NCBI GenBank assembly: GCA_015680685.1 | Contig: MNCI01000996.1 | Span: forward strand, 343,834 to 407,833 | Length of the DNA: 64,000 nt | Source of the DNA: Gnetum montanum | Taxonomy: Eukaryota > Plantae > Gnetophyta | Direction: 5' to 3' | Shown here: positions 23,517 through 36,319 of the stretch, in pieces | Layout of the letters: every line of letters begins with the position of its first letter | Position numbering within the stretch: the stretch's first letter is position 1 | The notes under the pieces: generated by a model | Database searches by the model: none | Seen by the model: the letters and a program-made list of their open reading frames with translations, nothing else | Told to the model about the DNA's origin: nothing | Program-made: the position numbers and the translations under genes

Positions 23517-26028
23517 GACTATTTTGGCCTAGTGTAGTCTGGTAAGATATCTTACCTCTTCCTAATCCCAAGCCATCCATCCATACTAACCATCAACCCA
23601 TGGAACCCTACACCTAAACTAGCAATAAGGAGTTAGGATTAGTAATCATCGAGCATGCAAATGGCATCAAACCCTATCACATAGTAGATTCTTGGCGAGA
23701 CTATGTAGAGAAATGGCAAGATTACATTGCCTTAGGATAGTCCAACATGTAATAGAACATTCCTAGTCCATCTAGCCCCCAATCGACCCTAAATGAACAT
23801 GCCATCTCTCTAAACCTGGCATTATTGAAACATGGTTGAATGAACTAAATGGTGTCAAAATCAATGATTTCCCATGAATATGCTATGGAAACATGATCAT
23901 TATGTTGGCCTAGCATAATCATAGGGTTTAGGGGTGAAATTGACCATGCAAGCCATCACACACCTTCAAAACTACATCTCAGAGCCTCCATACCTCTCTA
24001 GGACTCCTATTGAACTTAGACTACTAATATATTGATCAAAAACTTAGAAAACATCCATGAATTTACATTTTCCAAATGTCACTACATTGGAAATGGGATG
24101 ACTATGCTAGGCTAGCATAATCCTAGTAGGTGCCTAGTGTAGTCCACTTGAAATCTTCAAACCAATGACTTCCAAGCTCAAAATAACCTCCAAAGACCTG
24201 AAGACCATGTGAGACTAAACATAGAAACAAAAATTTATTATTTCTAGCCCCAATGTCATTTTTCAAGAGTGACTATTCTAGGCCAACATATTCATTAGAA
24301 GTGGCTAAGTAATCCACTTAGAAAGCCTGAAATAATTCTTTTCCTAGTCAAACTTACCTCCCAAGAATCCCAAAAACCTAGCAAAGTTGCAACCTCAAAC
24401 AAATCTTGCCACTTTTTTTCATTCTTTACATCCCTAATCCTAACTATGCTAATGAATGATGTGACTACATTTGGCTAGCATAATCACCACTAGAGCCTAG
24501 TGTAGTCCACCAAAAACTAACCAACAATTACCAAAAATAACTCATATCCACTACCAGTAAACCCTAGAACCCTTCCAATGCTAGTTTTGTACATGAAAAC
24601 CTATATTATCTATCCCAATGTGTTATCTATGCTGAAAAATGAGGTGAAAACACTAGGCCAACATAGTCACTGGTGCTGCCCAACATATTCCATACTTTAG
24701 AACTCAAAATAACTCATATCTAATCAATAGAACACCATTTCTGACTATAGGACTTTGCCAATGCACATTGAGGCTATAAGGCCTTGGGAAGTGAGCCAGA
24801 ATTCAACATTTTTTAACTTTTAAATTTCAACTAGGCTGAGGGGATCTGTGACTCTTCTAGGCTAGGATAGTCACTATCCATCCTCAATGTAGTCCAATCC
24901 AAGTTGCCCAAAATTAATAGTAAAAGGATCAAACCCACTTGTAATGAACCCTAAAACATCACCATAGCCTGTTTAGCCATGAAACCCATATATTTTCATC
25001 ATTTTTGACAATCATAGCCTTGGCTATGATAGAAGATGATGTGACTATGCAAGGCCAGCGTAGTCACTACTAAGGTCTACCATAGTCCACCTAAAATTGG
25101 TCAAAATTCACCAAAAATAGCTCAAAATTTAATTTTAGAAGTCTTGGAACCCTACCAAGGAAATGTTTAGGAATAAAACTCATGTTTTTCAACTTTTTAA
25201 ACTTAACTACATTGGATTATTGCATGACTACACTGGGCCAATGTAGTCACTACCAGGGCCCAATGTAGTCCACTTGAAGAAAGCCAAAATAACTTAAAAA
25301 TTGCTAAAATTGACTCTTGAAAAGATCCAAAACCCTGCTATAGCATGTCAAAATTTTGAAACCCTGGAAGAAAATCCATGATTTATCCTTTTTCATAATT
25401 TTCCATCCAAGTCCCTCAACCATGCTAAGAACTACATGCCTAATGTAGTCACAGGGTATTTGATAATTCAAGACCCAAATAGATACCAAAACTAGCAACT
25501 TTGGCATCAAAACCCTGGCTAGCAGCACCAACAACCCTAGAAGTCCATTAGCATGGTTGATTTAGCTTTGAAACTCACCAAAATATATCTTCCATTCATG
25601 ACTACACTAAAGAAACTAGTGACTATGCTGGGCCAACATAGTCATGGTATGAAGGGAAAATGTGACAACAACAATCAGCAATATACCATGTAGAAGGGTC
25701 CAAAACTGACCTAGCATGCCTAGAACCTTGTCCCCATGTAACATAGCTGTAGTTCCACTTCATTTCAACCCTGTAAACCCCATGAATTCATCTATCCTTT
25801 GTGAATAAGCTAAGGAATACTAGCCTAGCATAGTCATGATAAGAAACACACTTTTCAACCTTCTAGAAGGTCCAAACAGTTCTAGAAATTGTGAATCTTC
25901 AATACCTACCACATGTGCTAGCTCTCTGGGCCATTAGGAGCCTAAAATTAACCCTACTAAGCCTGGGAAATTGCCCCTAAATGTTGACTACGTTGGAGAA
26001 TGCATGAGTACACTAGGCCAATGTAGTC
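23517..26028. repeat. Array of 14 copies of a 23-bp palindrome (reconstructed consensus GACTACGCTGG-N-CCAGCGTAGTC), period ~191 bp
   Basis: Copies end at 23539, 23742, 23920, 24122, 24293, 24485, 24668, 24872, 25065, 25248, 25450, 25643, 25835 and 26028. Confidence 0.85.
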
Positions 26029-26785
26029 ACTAGTAGGACCTAGCATAGTAATAAGAAAAATGTCAATTTTGCCTCAAAATAGCCCTATAATGACTCCCTC
26101 ATGTGTCCAAACTCCCCCAGTAACCTTGTATCTCCATAGCATAGCCTGATAAGGCCTAAAACTAGCAAAATATAACCCTATTTAATAAGTATTGACCAAA
26201 TTTTATCACATGTATTTCATTTTGATAGATTTAACCTTGTTTCATGGTGTTTTAACTTGTCTTGACTTTGTTGTGCATTGTTAACCTTCATTGTCATTAG
26301 TTGATCTCATCCAACCTTCGCATTACTTTAATTTTTTCATGTCTATCTTATGTTTTTTATTATGGCCTCTCTTATCCCCTATTTAGCCTTTGGTTAGTGT
26401 TAAGTGATGGGGTTTGACCATCTTTGATCATCATTTGATACCATGTAACCATGGCTTGCCAAGGCTTTAAATTGGCAAAATCATAATCTTATTCTTCATA
26501 TTTTACCTTATTTCCCATTCTTTCATGGTATTTTATCTTGTTTTGATCTTTTTTGGACTTTAGCCCATCTTGTTTGCCTTTAACTACATCCCTTAGCCTT
26601 GGTTGATCTTGTTTTCATTTTGTTTGCCATTGGAATAGTATGTGTTTGCATAGCTACTATGGTATTTTACATCATTTTGGAATTATTCACTTATTTTATT
26701 TGGGTGCCACTTAATGTGCTTATGTTTGATATGCATGACTAGAGTATGGACATTTGGAAGTAAATCAATTTACCTTTGAGCTTGA

Positions 26786-29700
26786 GTGGGGCCTCATGGT
26801 AATGTTGAACGATGTATCAATCTTAACTATCTAGATCTTAATCCTAGGAGTCTTATCGACCACAGAGCCTCAGTTTCAAAACCTTTAGAGTGGCCTAAGA
26901 ACCTAGTTCAAACCCTTGACCTTGAGGCTAGCAACGTAACTAAAGACTCTCTAGTTGAGGTTCCTATCATAATACACAGTGTTGAGAATAAAACACTGAA
27001 CTTAAGTTCCTCATTGGAGCCTCAACAAGCTCAATACATTATCAAGGTCCTACAAGATAACATCAAGGTCTTTTCTTGGTCATATAAATTTATGCTAGGT
27101 TTATACCTACATTTAGTTCAACACAACATCATACTTAATCCTAGCATTAGACTAGATAAGCAAAAGGTTTGCAAGATTAGACCTAATTTTTCCTTGGAAA
27201 TTCGTGATTAAATCACAAAGCTATATTAAGATGGTTTCATTAGAGTTGGTAATTATATGGAATGGGTATCCAATATAATTGTAGTTCCTAAGAAAAATGG
27301 GAGTATTCACATTTGCATAGATTTATGAGTCCTAAATAAGGAAATCATTAAGGATTACTTTCCTTTGCCTAGTATTGATCAACTTATTGATACTACGGCT
27401 GGACATGCCTTGTTATCCTTTATGGATGGGTACTTGGGATACAACCAGATTAGGATCAACCCAAAACAACAACTCATTACAACCGTCATGATCCCTTGGG
27501 ATATCTTTTGATACACCATGATTCCTTTTGGCCTTAAGAATGTAGGAGCAACCTACCAATGAGTCATGATGTATATCTTTAGTGATTACATGCTAGGTTT
27601 GCGCAATGATTATGTAGAAGATATAGCCATTAAGTTGCAAGTAGCAAATGACTATACACATTACCTACACACTCTACTTAAATGATGCCTCAAATATGAG
27701 CTTAGGCTCAAACCTAAGAAGTGTGTTTTTGGTGTCAAGACTGGTAAGATGCTTGGATTTATAGTGATTAAAGCAAGGGTATGTGTAAATATTGATAATG
27801 TTAACTTTGCAGCACCAAGTAACCTTAATGAGATTTAGAGAGTGCAAGGTAGATTGCAATTTATCCATAGATTCATCACTAGGATTACAGATAAGTTACA
27901 ATCCATTCAACACATGCTTAATAAAGGAGTTCACTATGAGTGGATATTTTAGTACTACAAAGCCTTTAAAAACCTTTAGCAAGAGTTGGCATAACTACTG
28001 GTAGTCTATCCTTTGCAAAAGGGTAAGCCTTTTTACATCTACCTTGATACCTTTGACGCATTCATTTCCTCTCTACTCTATCAAAAATGTGATGATGGGA
28101 TAGAGATGCTAGTATACTACCTAAACCATGCATTAGTTACCCACGAGACCCCATACACCAAATTAGAGAATTATTATCTAGCAATAGTCTTCTCATTGAA
28201 GAAGTGAAGACACTACCAATTTAGGAGCCAGGTCAATGTCATTTGCAAAGATAATGTACTTAGAGCCATAACAACCAACATATATAAGAGTATTCATATA
28301 GCCTGATGAAAAGCCATAATAGTGGAGTTTGATCTTCATTACGTTTTCTAGTCCTTAACAAAAGGTCAGGCTATAGCCTTACAATTTATAGTTTCACCTA
28401 TTGATGACCATGCAACCATAGACCTAGAGTCTCTAGATGAACATGTTAACATTGTTAGCTAAGTACCCAAGGATTATGAGGTGGTCATGCACTTTGACAT
28501 AGCTTCAACTACTCATGGGGCTAGTGTTAATGCCATTATAATCTTTCTATTCCTTGAAATCCAACCATTCACTTATCGTTTTGAGTTTTCATGCACCAAT
28601 AATATAGAAGAGTATAAGGGTTTGATTAGAGGGATGATAGTAGCTCATGACATAGGAATCAAAGATTTAACAATTAAATACAATTCACAACTTATGGTTA
28701 ACCAAGTAACCAAGGTTTACACTTATAAAGCCAAACATCTACAATCTTACTATGACCTGTAAAAGCAACTACTACAACAATTTACAGATGTTGATATCCA
28801 ACATGTACCCTGAACCAAGAATACTATAGTTGATGAAATTGCAACACTAGCCCTTAGTATGATGCCAAATATATTTATGAAGTTTCCCATATTAACCATC
28901 GACTATGCTATTCCCATCACGTAGAGTGTTGAGGATACATTTATGGCTGTAGTTCATACTACTCCTGCAAGGGAGTGGTATGATGATATCAAGTTTTACC
29001 TTATGCATGTTGAACCTTCACAAGGCCTAATTGTTACTCAAAAGGATGTTGTATGTAAATAATCCAAATATTATGTCATAGTAAGTGATAGCACATTATT
29101 TCAATGACTCTACAATGGCATATTATTATAATGCTTGGGTAAATTTGAAGCATATATAGTCCTAGAGTAGGTTCATGAGGGTGTATGTGGGGCCATATAG
29201 GACCTAGAGCTATGGCTGCTAAAATTATATCGTTAGGTTATTATTGGTCCTATATGAAAAATGATTGCCTATAGAAGGTTAAAACTTGTGAAACCTACCA
29301 ATGGCATAGCAATCTCATATATGTACTACCAACTAAGTTACACACTACTCAGATCACTTGGCCATTTTAGTGGTGGGGCTTAGATATCATTCAACCTATA
29401 AAACCTAAACCTTCAATAAGGCATAGCTTCATCTTCATCGTAACCAAATACGTTACTAAGTGGGTTGAGGCTATTCCCTTAAGGAATATCACATTTGAAC
29501 AAGTCTGTAGATTCATTTTGGACAACATAGTAGCCATTTTTGGCATACCTATGATCATAGTCATAGACAACAAAACCATAGTTTAGTAGCTAAGAAATCA
29601 AAAAATTTTGTTATTGCCTAGGCATTAATCATTCCTTCTTGTTTTTATACTACCTTCAAGCCAATATACAAGCTAAAGAAAGCAATAAGGCTATCATAGA

Positions 29701-30207
29701 CCTACTTAAGAAAATGCTAAATAATAGTAAACATAGGTGGCATGAGTGGCTTATCCATGCATTTTGGGCCAATTGAACAACATACCATACTACAATACGT
29801 GTAACCCCATATAGCCTTGTTTATGACTCTAAATTTATTTTACCTCTTTAACTACAAGTACCATCACTCCAAGCGGCCTTATCCAACTTCATCAATGACA
29901 AATAGAACAAGGATTTGTGTACCATGGACCTAAAGTTAGTGGAGGAGTAGCAGGTACGAATGCGTGCTCACATCGAGTGCTACTAGGAGAGGCAAAAGTA
30001 GCAACACCACCATAACATAACCAAGCACAAGATCAAGGAAGCAAATCTAGTTCTCAAATACATCCACAAGCATGTGGAGAAATTCTTAGCCAACTGGAAA
30101 GGGCCTTTCCTAATCACCAAGGCCTATGGCAATAGGGCCTATTGGATAGTAGACATGGATGGAAATAAGTTGGATAATTTGGTCAATCATTCCTATCAAA
30201 AGTCATA
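26786..30207 (+). pseudogene. pol: E1 pol: RT - RNase H - archaeal-type RNase H (aRH) - integrase; last codons at 49162-49171
   Basis: RT: PKKNGSIHICID, FPLPSIDQLIDTTAGHALLSFMDGYLGYNQI, PFGLKNVGATYQ, YVED. RH: KPFYIYLD..VYYLNHAL..E..Y. aRH: HFDIAS..CTNNIEEYKGLI..NSQLMVNQV. INT: VHEGVCG, GYYW, WPF.WWGLDII, TKWVEAIPL, NWKGPF. Reads KSY|YM* across the E2 insertion. Confidence 0.93.
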
Positions 30208-31504
30208 TATTGTGACCAAAAAATTGATCGCTAGAAAATCGATGGATCCAATGTAGTAGCCTTAACCAAAAATCCAAAGGATCTTCAAGAAATGAGATTC
30301 TAGGTACCTTGCCTAGTCTAGCAGATCAACCAAGGACTTAGGGGGGGTTGCAAAATGGGGTAATAAAAATAGAGTGCAAAAACTAATAACATATCTGAAT
30401 AATTCATAGATAATAAATGAATATATTTTTGATGTACAACACAAAAAATAAAAACTTTATCAAGGAAGAATAAAGAATAACTTAGAGAAATGTACACAAA
30501 TGATGCCTAGGTGGCTAGTAGGGAGGTTCACTTGGATGGGGTCTAGGGTCCATTGAAGTTGATGCAATTAACTCCATAAGCTAGATGTTTTGCCACTCTC
30601 AATGTTATCGAACCTCCTATGTTACTACTTCAAACCTATAACATTAGCTATGGTGGTGATTGAGAAGTGTTAAGGATCCAAGCTACCCAAGTGCTCTATG
30701 CTAGAAGTTGGGAATCACAAGAATGCAACATGGAGCTTGAAAACTTACAAATCCCAAAACAAGATAATGGGGCGATAATAGAGTTATAGTGTGTTCACAT
30801 TGGGGTTCAAGAAAATGCAATTGTGTGAGATTGCAAGAGCTTTGGAGTGCCCTAAAGTGCCTAAGTGTGGAATTATGAAAATATGTAATGGCTCAAAATT
30901 GTGTAACCTTGAGAAAAATTGCTAAACCATGAAAAATCATAGAACCTATAAATGGTATTTGAGACTATTTTTTATAGGTTTTTTGGCCATGAATGGGGCT
31001 AAAAATGGCTGTAATTTGGCTACACAATGGCTGCAAATTGTCTATAATTTTGCTGCAAATTTCTACCTTGTACAAGTGGGATGGATGCCTAAATTTGAAG
31101 GCTTACGATATATAGTCAGTGTCTTCCCCCATGGCCATTCCATTTACTATAAATAGTAACAAGGGCACACCTTATACATAGGATATGAATCCTCCACACT
31201 GAGCCTTCTATCATCCTTACTAAAGTGGTTGGTCAACATTAGAGTGCATGTAGTATTGAAATTTGGCTTTTGTTGCTTTCACACTAGGGGCATATAGTTT
31301 CTACATAGGGGGGATTTTCCAAGCTAAGGGAAAACCCCCCATCTCTTCACACTAGGGGTAGGTGAGATTTATCCCCTATAGATGTTTCCAAAGTAGAAAA
31401 ATGTATACCCCACATAAAACCCATCAAATTGCCAGTTTGACATTTCAAAAGGCATTTTTGACCCTCACAAGACCAAACATAGACACTAGGTAATTTTTTT
31501 CACT
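30208..31504 (-). repeat. 3' LTR of E2 (its 5' end lost in the internal deletion)
   Basis: Homologous to the 5' LTR up to ...TTTTTTCACT (31504), after which homology stops abruptly. Confidence 0.8.
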
Positions 31505-32049
31505 TTGTCTATGTTTCATGTAAAAATAGTTATGTATCTCTACTTTTAATAGTCATGGTTGTAGAGCTTGTGATTTTATGATTATTTCCACAGTGGAATC
31601 ATTGGAATTAGAGCTTATATGAATTTCTTATGAATTTTTTGGCCAAACTGTGTGAATAAGGTTAAATCTTGGTTGTAGTACCTTACTCGTTTGGGGATGG
31701 ATGTGATTGATATGTGTAGTTCTTCTTGTCAACATGTAAAAATTATGTTTCAAATTTGTTTTTTAAGAAAATTAAAAGATTTTACTATTTTTAGAAAGCT
31801 TTTTACTATGGATATATCCTTTTTTTCTAAGTTTTAATGTTTTTTCTAAGTTTATGCATGGTTCAAATTGGCTATGAAGTAAAAGGCTCTAAAAAGTGGT
31901 AATAATTCCTTTGTGGAATTTCTTATGCTAACTTAAATAAACACCTTAGAGCTTTCTACAAAGGCTAATTTCACCTCTGACTAGGAATTGTTTCCAAACA
32001 TTTTAAGAAATTCTAACTGGTCATAATGTGTTTGCTTTTCTTCATTCAG

Positions 32050-35000
32050 GGTTTACTTGAAGTCCATTCTCATCATTGTGGAGTTGGGGGGAATTCTATG
32101 TTATATTAGTCATTCCAAGATCAATACCCCTCTTCCTAATAGCTTTTGGGGATGGTTTCATTATGGTTCCATCTTAGGGCAAGGGAACTCCTTACCTACA
32201 TTCTACAAAACTTTAGTGTGATTTTGTGGTCACACTTGTCTACAAATGTCGCTAGGCCATAGTGGAGACCCTATTGCCTTAGAAATCTAGCCTAATTATC
32301 AAGTTTATTACTGACAATCCATCTCATAAGATAGTAGGGTAAACCATAGATGTGATCAACACATGCTACCTTATAAAGATTTGGGTGATGCCAAAGTATA
32401 GGTAGTATAATGCTAGGAATACTCTAATGGTGGTGCATAGAGTTCACACATTGTTTCAGAACTTGCCTAGAATTTTGTATCATCTATAGGGCTAAGCATA
32501 CTTATTGTATCAATTTTAATGTTTTTTCAACTTTATTGGCTAAATTACCTTTCCTAACTTCATTTTTTTATGACCTTCTTGCAAGTACAAAGTTAATGAT
32601 CAAGAATTCATCATTAATGATCAAACCTTTACAATGGCTCCAACTACACTATATGAATTCACTAAGGGATTCTGAATTAGAACTATTTTGTATCAATACT
32701 TAAGAGGGGAATTTTATGCATATACTAAAAGGTTAAACATTGTATATAAGAAGTGTAAGGATGATAGGATGATGCACAACTAGTGGGTAGACTCCAACAA
32801 CACTATGGATTAGACCCTTGCAACTAGGACCTCCGCTCAAATCACACTGAAGAAAAAGAGGAAAGGTAAACATAAAGGCTATAGCTTCTAATTTTTTATG
32901 GTTATGAAAACTCTAAGTTTTCTATTTCTTTTACTAGTTATTAAACTTTCTTATGTTGATGCTAATCTTTGGTTTTTGCTTTGCAAGACCTTACACCTTT
33001 GCTAATGTCACCATACCACTTTCAAAAGCACATCATGAGGATACCCTCATCTTGAATTTTGGTGAGGTGATACCAACATAGGAGTGGCTGAGGGAACATG
33101 TACCTAGGTATATTAAAGTAAATAGCCAATGTGAGAGATTTCTTGATGTATTTATGGCACCTATCCATTCCATTCCTATTATAGAGATGTTGCACATCAT
33201 CACCTCCTTTAACAAGGTTGTTGTCCTTTTTAGCATTACCATTTAGGATGTTAAGATTAATATGGACATTGATGATGGCCTCTTTTGCAGCTTGTTTGGT
33301 ATCCCTACTGATATAGCAAAGGTTGCCACTAGAATATTGGAGGAATCAGGCCATCATGAGGATGTTTTGGAGTGGCTTGGTGTCAAATGGACCACTCCAA
33401 AATTTCCATGGATAGCTCTACAAACCCTAACACAAAGGAATCATATCCTTTGTTTAGGTCTCGTGTGTTTCCCTAACTATTATCACAAAAGAACATGATT
33501 GACATCAAACAAGGATGGACGTTTTAGGTCATGATGGATGACACTAGGTTTAACTAGGTGGCTACTTTGGCTATTGGGCTTCTAAGGAGATCCTTAGACT
33601 CTGTATGGATACCTTTACAGTAATACACATGCATCTTGCATTTTTTGTGGATTATGTAAGAGGCTTGCAAAGTTTCTAGTGGTGTATAGGAATGGGCAAT
33701 GGATTCCCAAAGACCCAAGCCAACTTTCTAGACCTTAGATAAAGCACATTTATCTAGCAATGTAGGCCTAGGATTCACTAGAGGGGATGGATGATTCACT
33801 ATCCATTACCACCAAAGAACTTGATAGTAAGCAGTGTGAGTCCCCTAATAGTATGGATGACGATGTGCCTCTCATGTTTCTAATAAGCATCCTAGAGGTA
33901 AAACAATGATGTAGGAAGGTCAAAGAGGTAGCCAAAGAGAAACTCAAGAGACCTATGGAGGAAGCACTAACAAAATTAGACCAACCCACCCCTACAACGC
34001 TTAAGCCATCATAGCAGGTAGTCATAGGTATGCTTTACTTAAGTTTGTCTCTTTTATATTTTAAAGTTTATGGCTATGTTATGGTTTACTATACTAATCA
34101 ATTTCTTATGTGCCATGGTTGCATACCAATGTTAGGTTATGGTAGCCCAAGCTACCATGGAGGAAGGACAAAGGCATGTAGAAGAGGCACTCCTACAACC
34201 TAAGGCTGAAGAATTTTCCAATGCAAATGTAAATGATCTAGAAACCTTGTTTGATGAGATGGTGCTAGGTACGTCCTCCATTGTCATCCCAAAGGAGAAA
34301 GAGGAGGAGCCAAGTATTCGCATGCCTTAATGCTTTTGTTATATCCTAGTGTTTAACTTTGGTATTTATCCTAACCATTTGATGATTGTTATTCTTGTAG
34401 TAGTTCCTAAGTCACCAATGCAAGCATTTGTCCCTAAGTTTCATGTAAAACCATAGGTAGAGATCCCAAACAAGGTGGACTTCATGCATAAGATGGCTAA
34501 GAACATCATTGATTGATTGCAATAGGTTGCACCCGATATAGGTAAGGACTTTGTTTTATATGCCTTAGTTGTTTGGCTATGTTATAAGCTATGTTTATAT
34601 TATGGTCATCTTAGGTTCTACATTATGTTTATGGTTGTATTTCATGCTTGTGTAGTGCCTTCAATGAAGTGGAACCCTAGCCAAGACATGGAAATTAACT
34701 CCTTACTTAACCTTCCCTCTAATGTATCTAGTGTACCCTTGAAGTTATGTGAGACTGCTACTGATCTAGCAATGTTGTGTGCAAAAATTTCATGGGAGCT
34801 AGAGAGGTACAACAAATCCCTATGTGAGCAAGTTTTCACCTTAAGGAACAAGACTCAATGGTAGAAGGATATAATTACAAATCTCCAAGACTACAAGGCC
34901 TTTGTGGAAGCTAAAGTGGCTAACTGAAAGGATTTCAAACCAAGAAGATCACAAGGGCTCAATACTGGCATACCATTCAGGAAAAAGTAGTAGTCTTATG

Positions 35001-35660
35001 AGAGATGGTAGAACAATAGATGCAGATGGACCTCATCTCCTAAAAGGTTAACAATTGGAAAGATTATTATGCATGGATCCTAGAGTGGATTAAGAAATAA
35101 AAGATCCACAAGTGATAGTACAAGGTGGATTGTGGGGCCTACCTCAAGTGGCTTAAGTAGGAGTTAATTGAATGGTGCAAGAGAGAGCTATTCATCTAGG
35201 GGATCCAAGTGGAGAGTTCTTATCATCTTTTTGAGATTACTTTCATGGTGGAGAAATCCCCTACTCCTTAGATTACTACTATAGGTGAGACCTCTACAGC
35301 TACTACTACCTAGGAGCCTCCTACTTAGACTATGATAGATAGGATTAGCATCCTTTTCAACATTGATCTTGGAGATGTTGACTAGGTCAACATGATAGAG
35401 GACCAAATTCTCCATCATTTGGAATAAGGCCTTCCACATCTACCTTGGGAAGTCATGGAGCTATAATCCCCACAAGTTTGATGTATTTTATGCTTTAGTT
35501 TTTTGTTTTCAGTTATGGTTTTGACTATTGATTACTAACTGGTAATATACATAGTTATAATTTAGGCATCAAAAGACATTGGAAGCCCTAGCCATGAGCG
35601 TGGGAATGATCCACCACTTCCTCCTTTGGATGCCCCTCAGTAGCCTCCATCAACTTAGTC
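32050..35660 (+). pseudogene. Accessory gene copy in E2 (antisense to E2 gag); exon 1 deleted
   Basis: Acceptor TTCAG at 32049; VYLKSILIIVELGGIL..LRARELLTYILQNFSVILWS..YNARNTLMVVH; donors at 32866 (GTAAAC), 34028 (GTATGC) and 34542 (GTAAGG); LFCSLFGIP PMD-like segment. Confidence 0.75.
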
Positions 35661-36063
35661 TAGCGTGTTGGTCATATATTTTTATTTTACTATTGATGGC
35701 TATTGTTAGCTAAGACTATGGTTATTATTAATTTTTGACATTTTTTTCACACAGTATGGCCATGGGTATATATGTTATGGATACTTTAAATTTAAATTTA
35801 AAATTTAATTTTACTTTTGGCTATATATATCTATAGTAGTAGTAAACATTGTAAATTAAATAGCTAATCAATGTGATAATAGGATAAACAAAAAGAAGTA
35901 TAATAATGAAAAAGATGTTCACTAGTTTTAGGCCATGGTGGGCATAGGTTATATGTTTTTGCTAGTTTAAGGACATGGTAGGCCATGTTCCCAATTTAAA
36001 GTCTTAGTGGATGGTAACTTTTCTTGTTTAAGGCCATAGCAAGCCTTTGTTAAAGAGAAAATC

Positions 36064-36086
36064 TGTGTGTGTGTGTGTGTGTGTGT
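36064..36086. repeat. (TG)n microsatellite
   Basis: About 11 TG units. Confidence 0.9.
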
Positions 36087-36319
36087 ATGTGATTTTACAT
36101 TTTAAAGTTTTTAAGGCTTTCTTGATGTTTATAACATAAAGAAAAGTAAAGGAAAAAAAAGGTCATAAAAATGCAAATGAAAGTAGAAATTAAGCTACAT
36201 GTAAAAGAGAGTAAAACAAAGTGCATAAAAACATATACCAAATTGAGAAAGAAATGATAAGCTACATGGGTATTGGTGCATCTAGTTATAAGGGCATGCG
36301 ATGGAAAGAATAAGGTGTA

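Noticed and set aside
23517-26028. CRISPR-like appearance (palindromic repeat with variable spacers)
   Set aside because: Spacers are ~170 bp, repeats are degenerate, the context is a plant retrotransposon and no cas genes are present.
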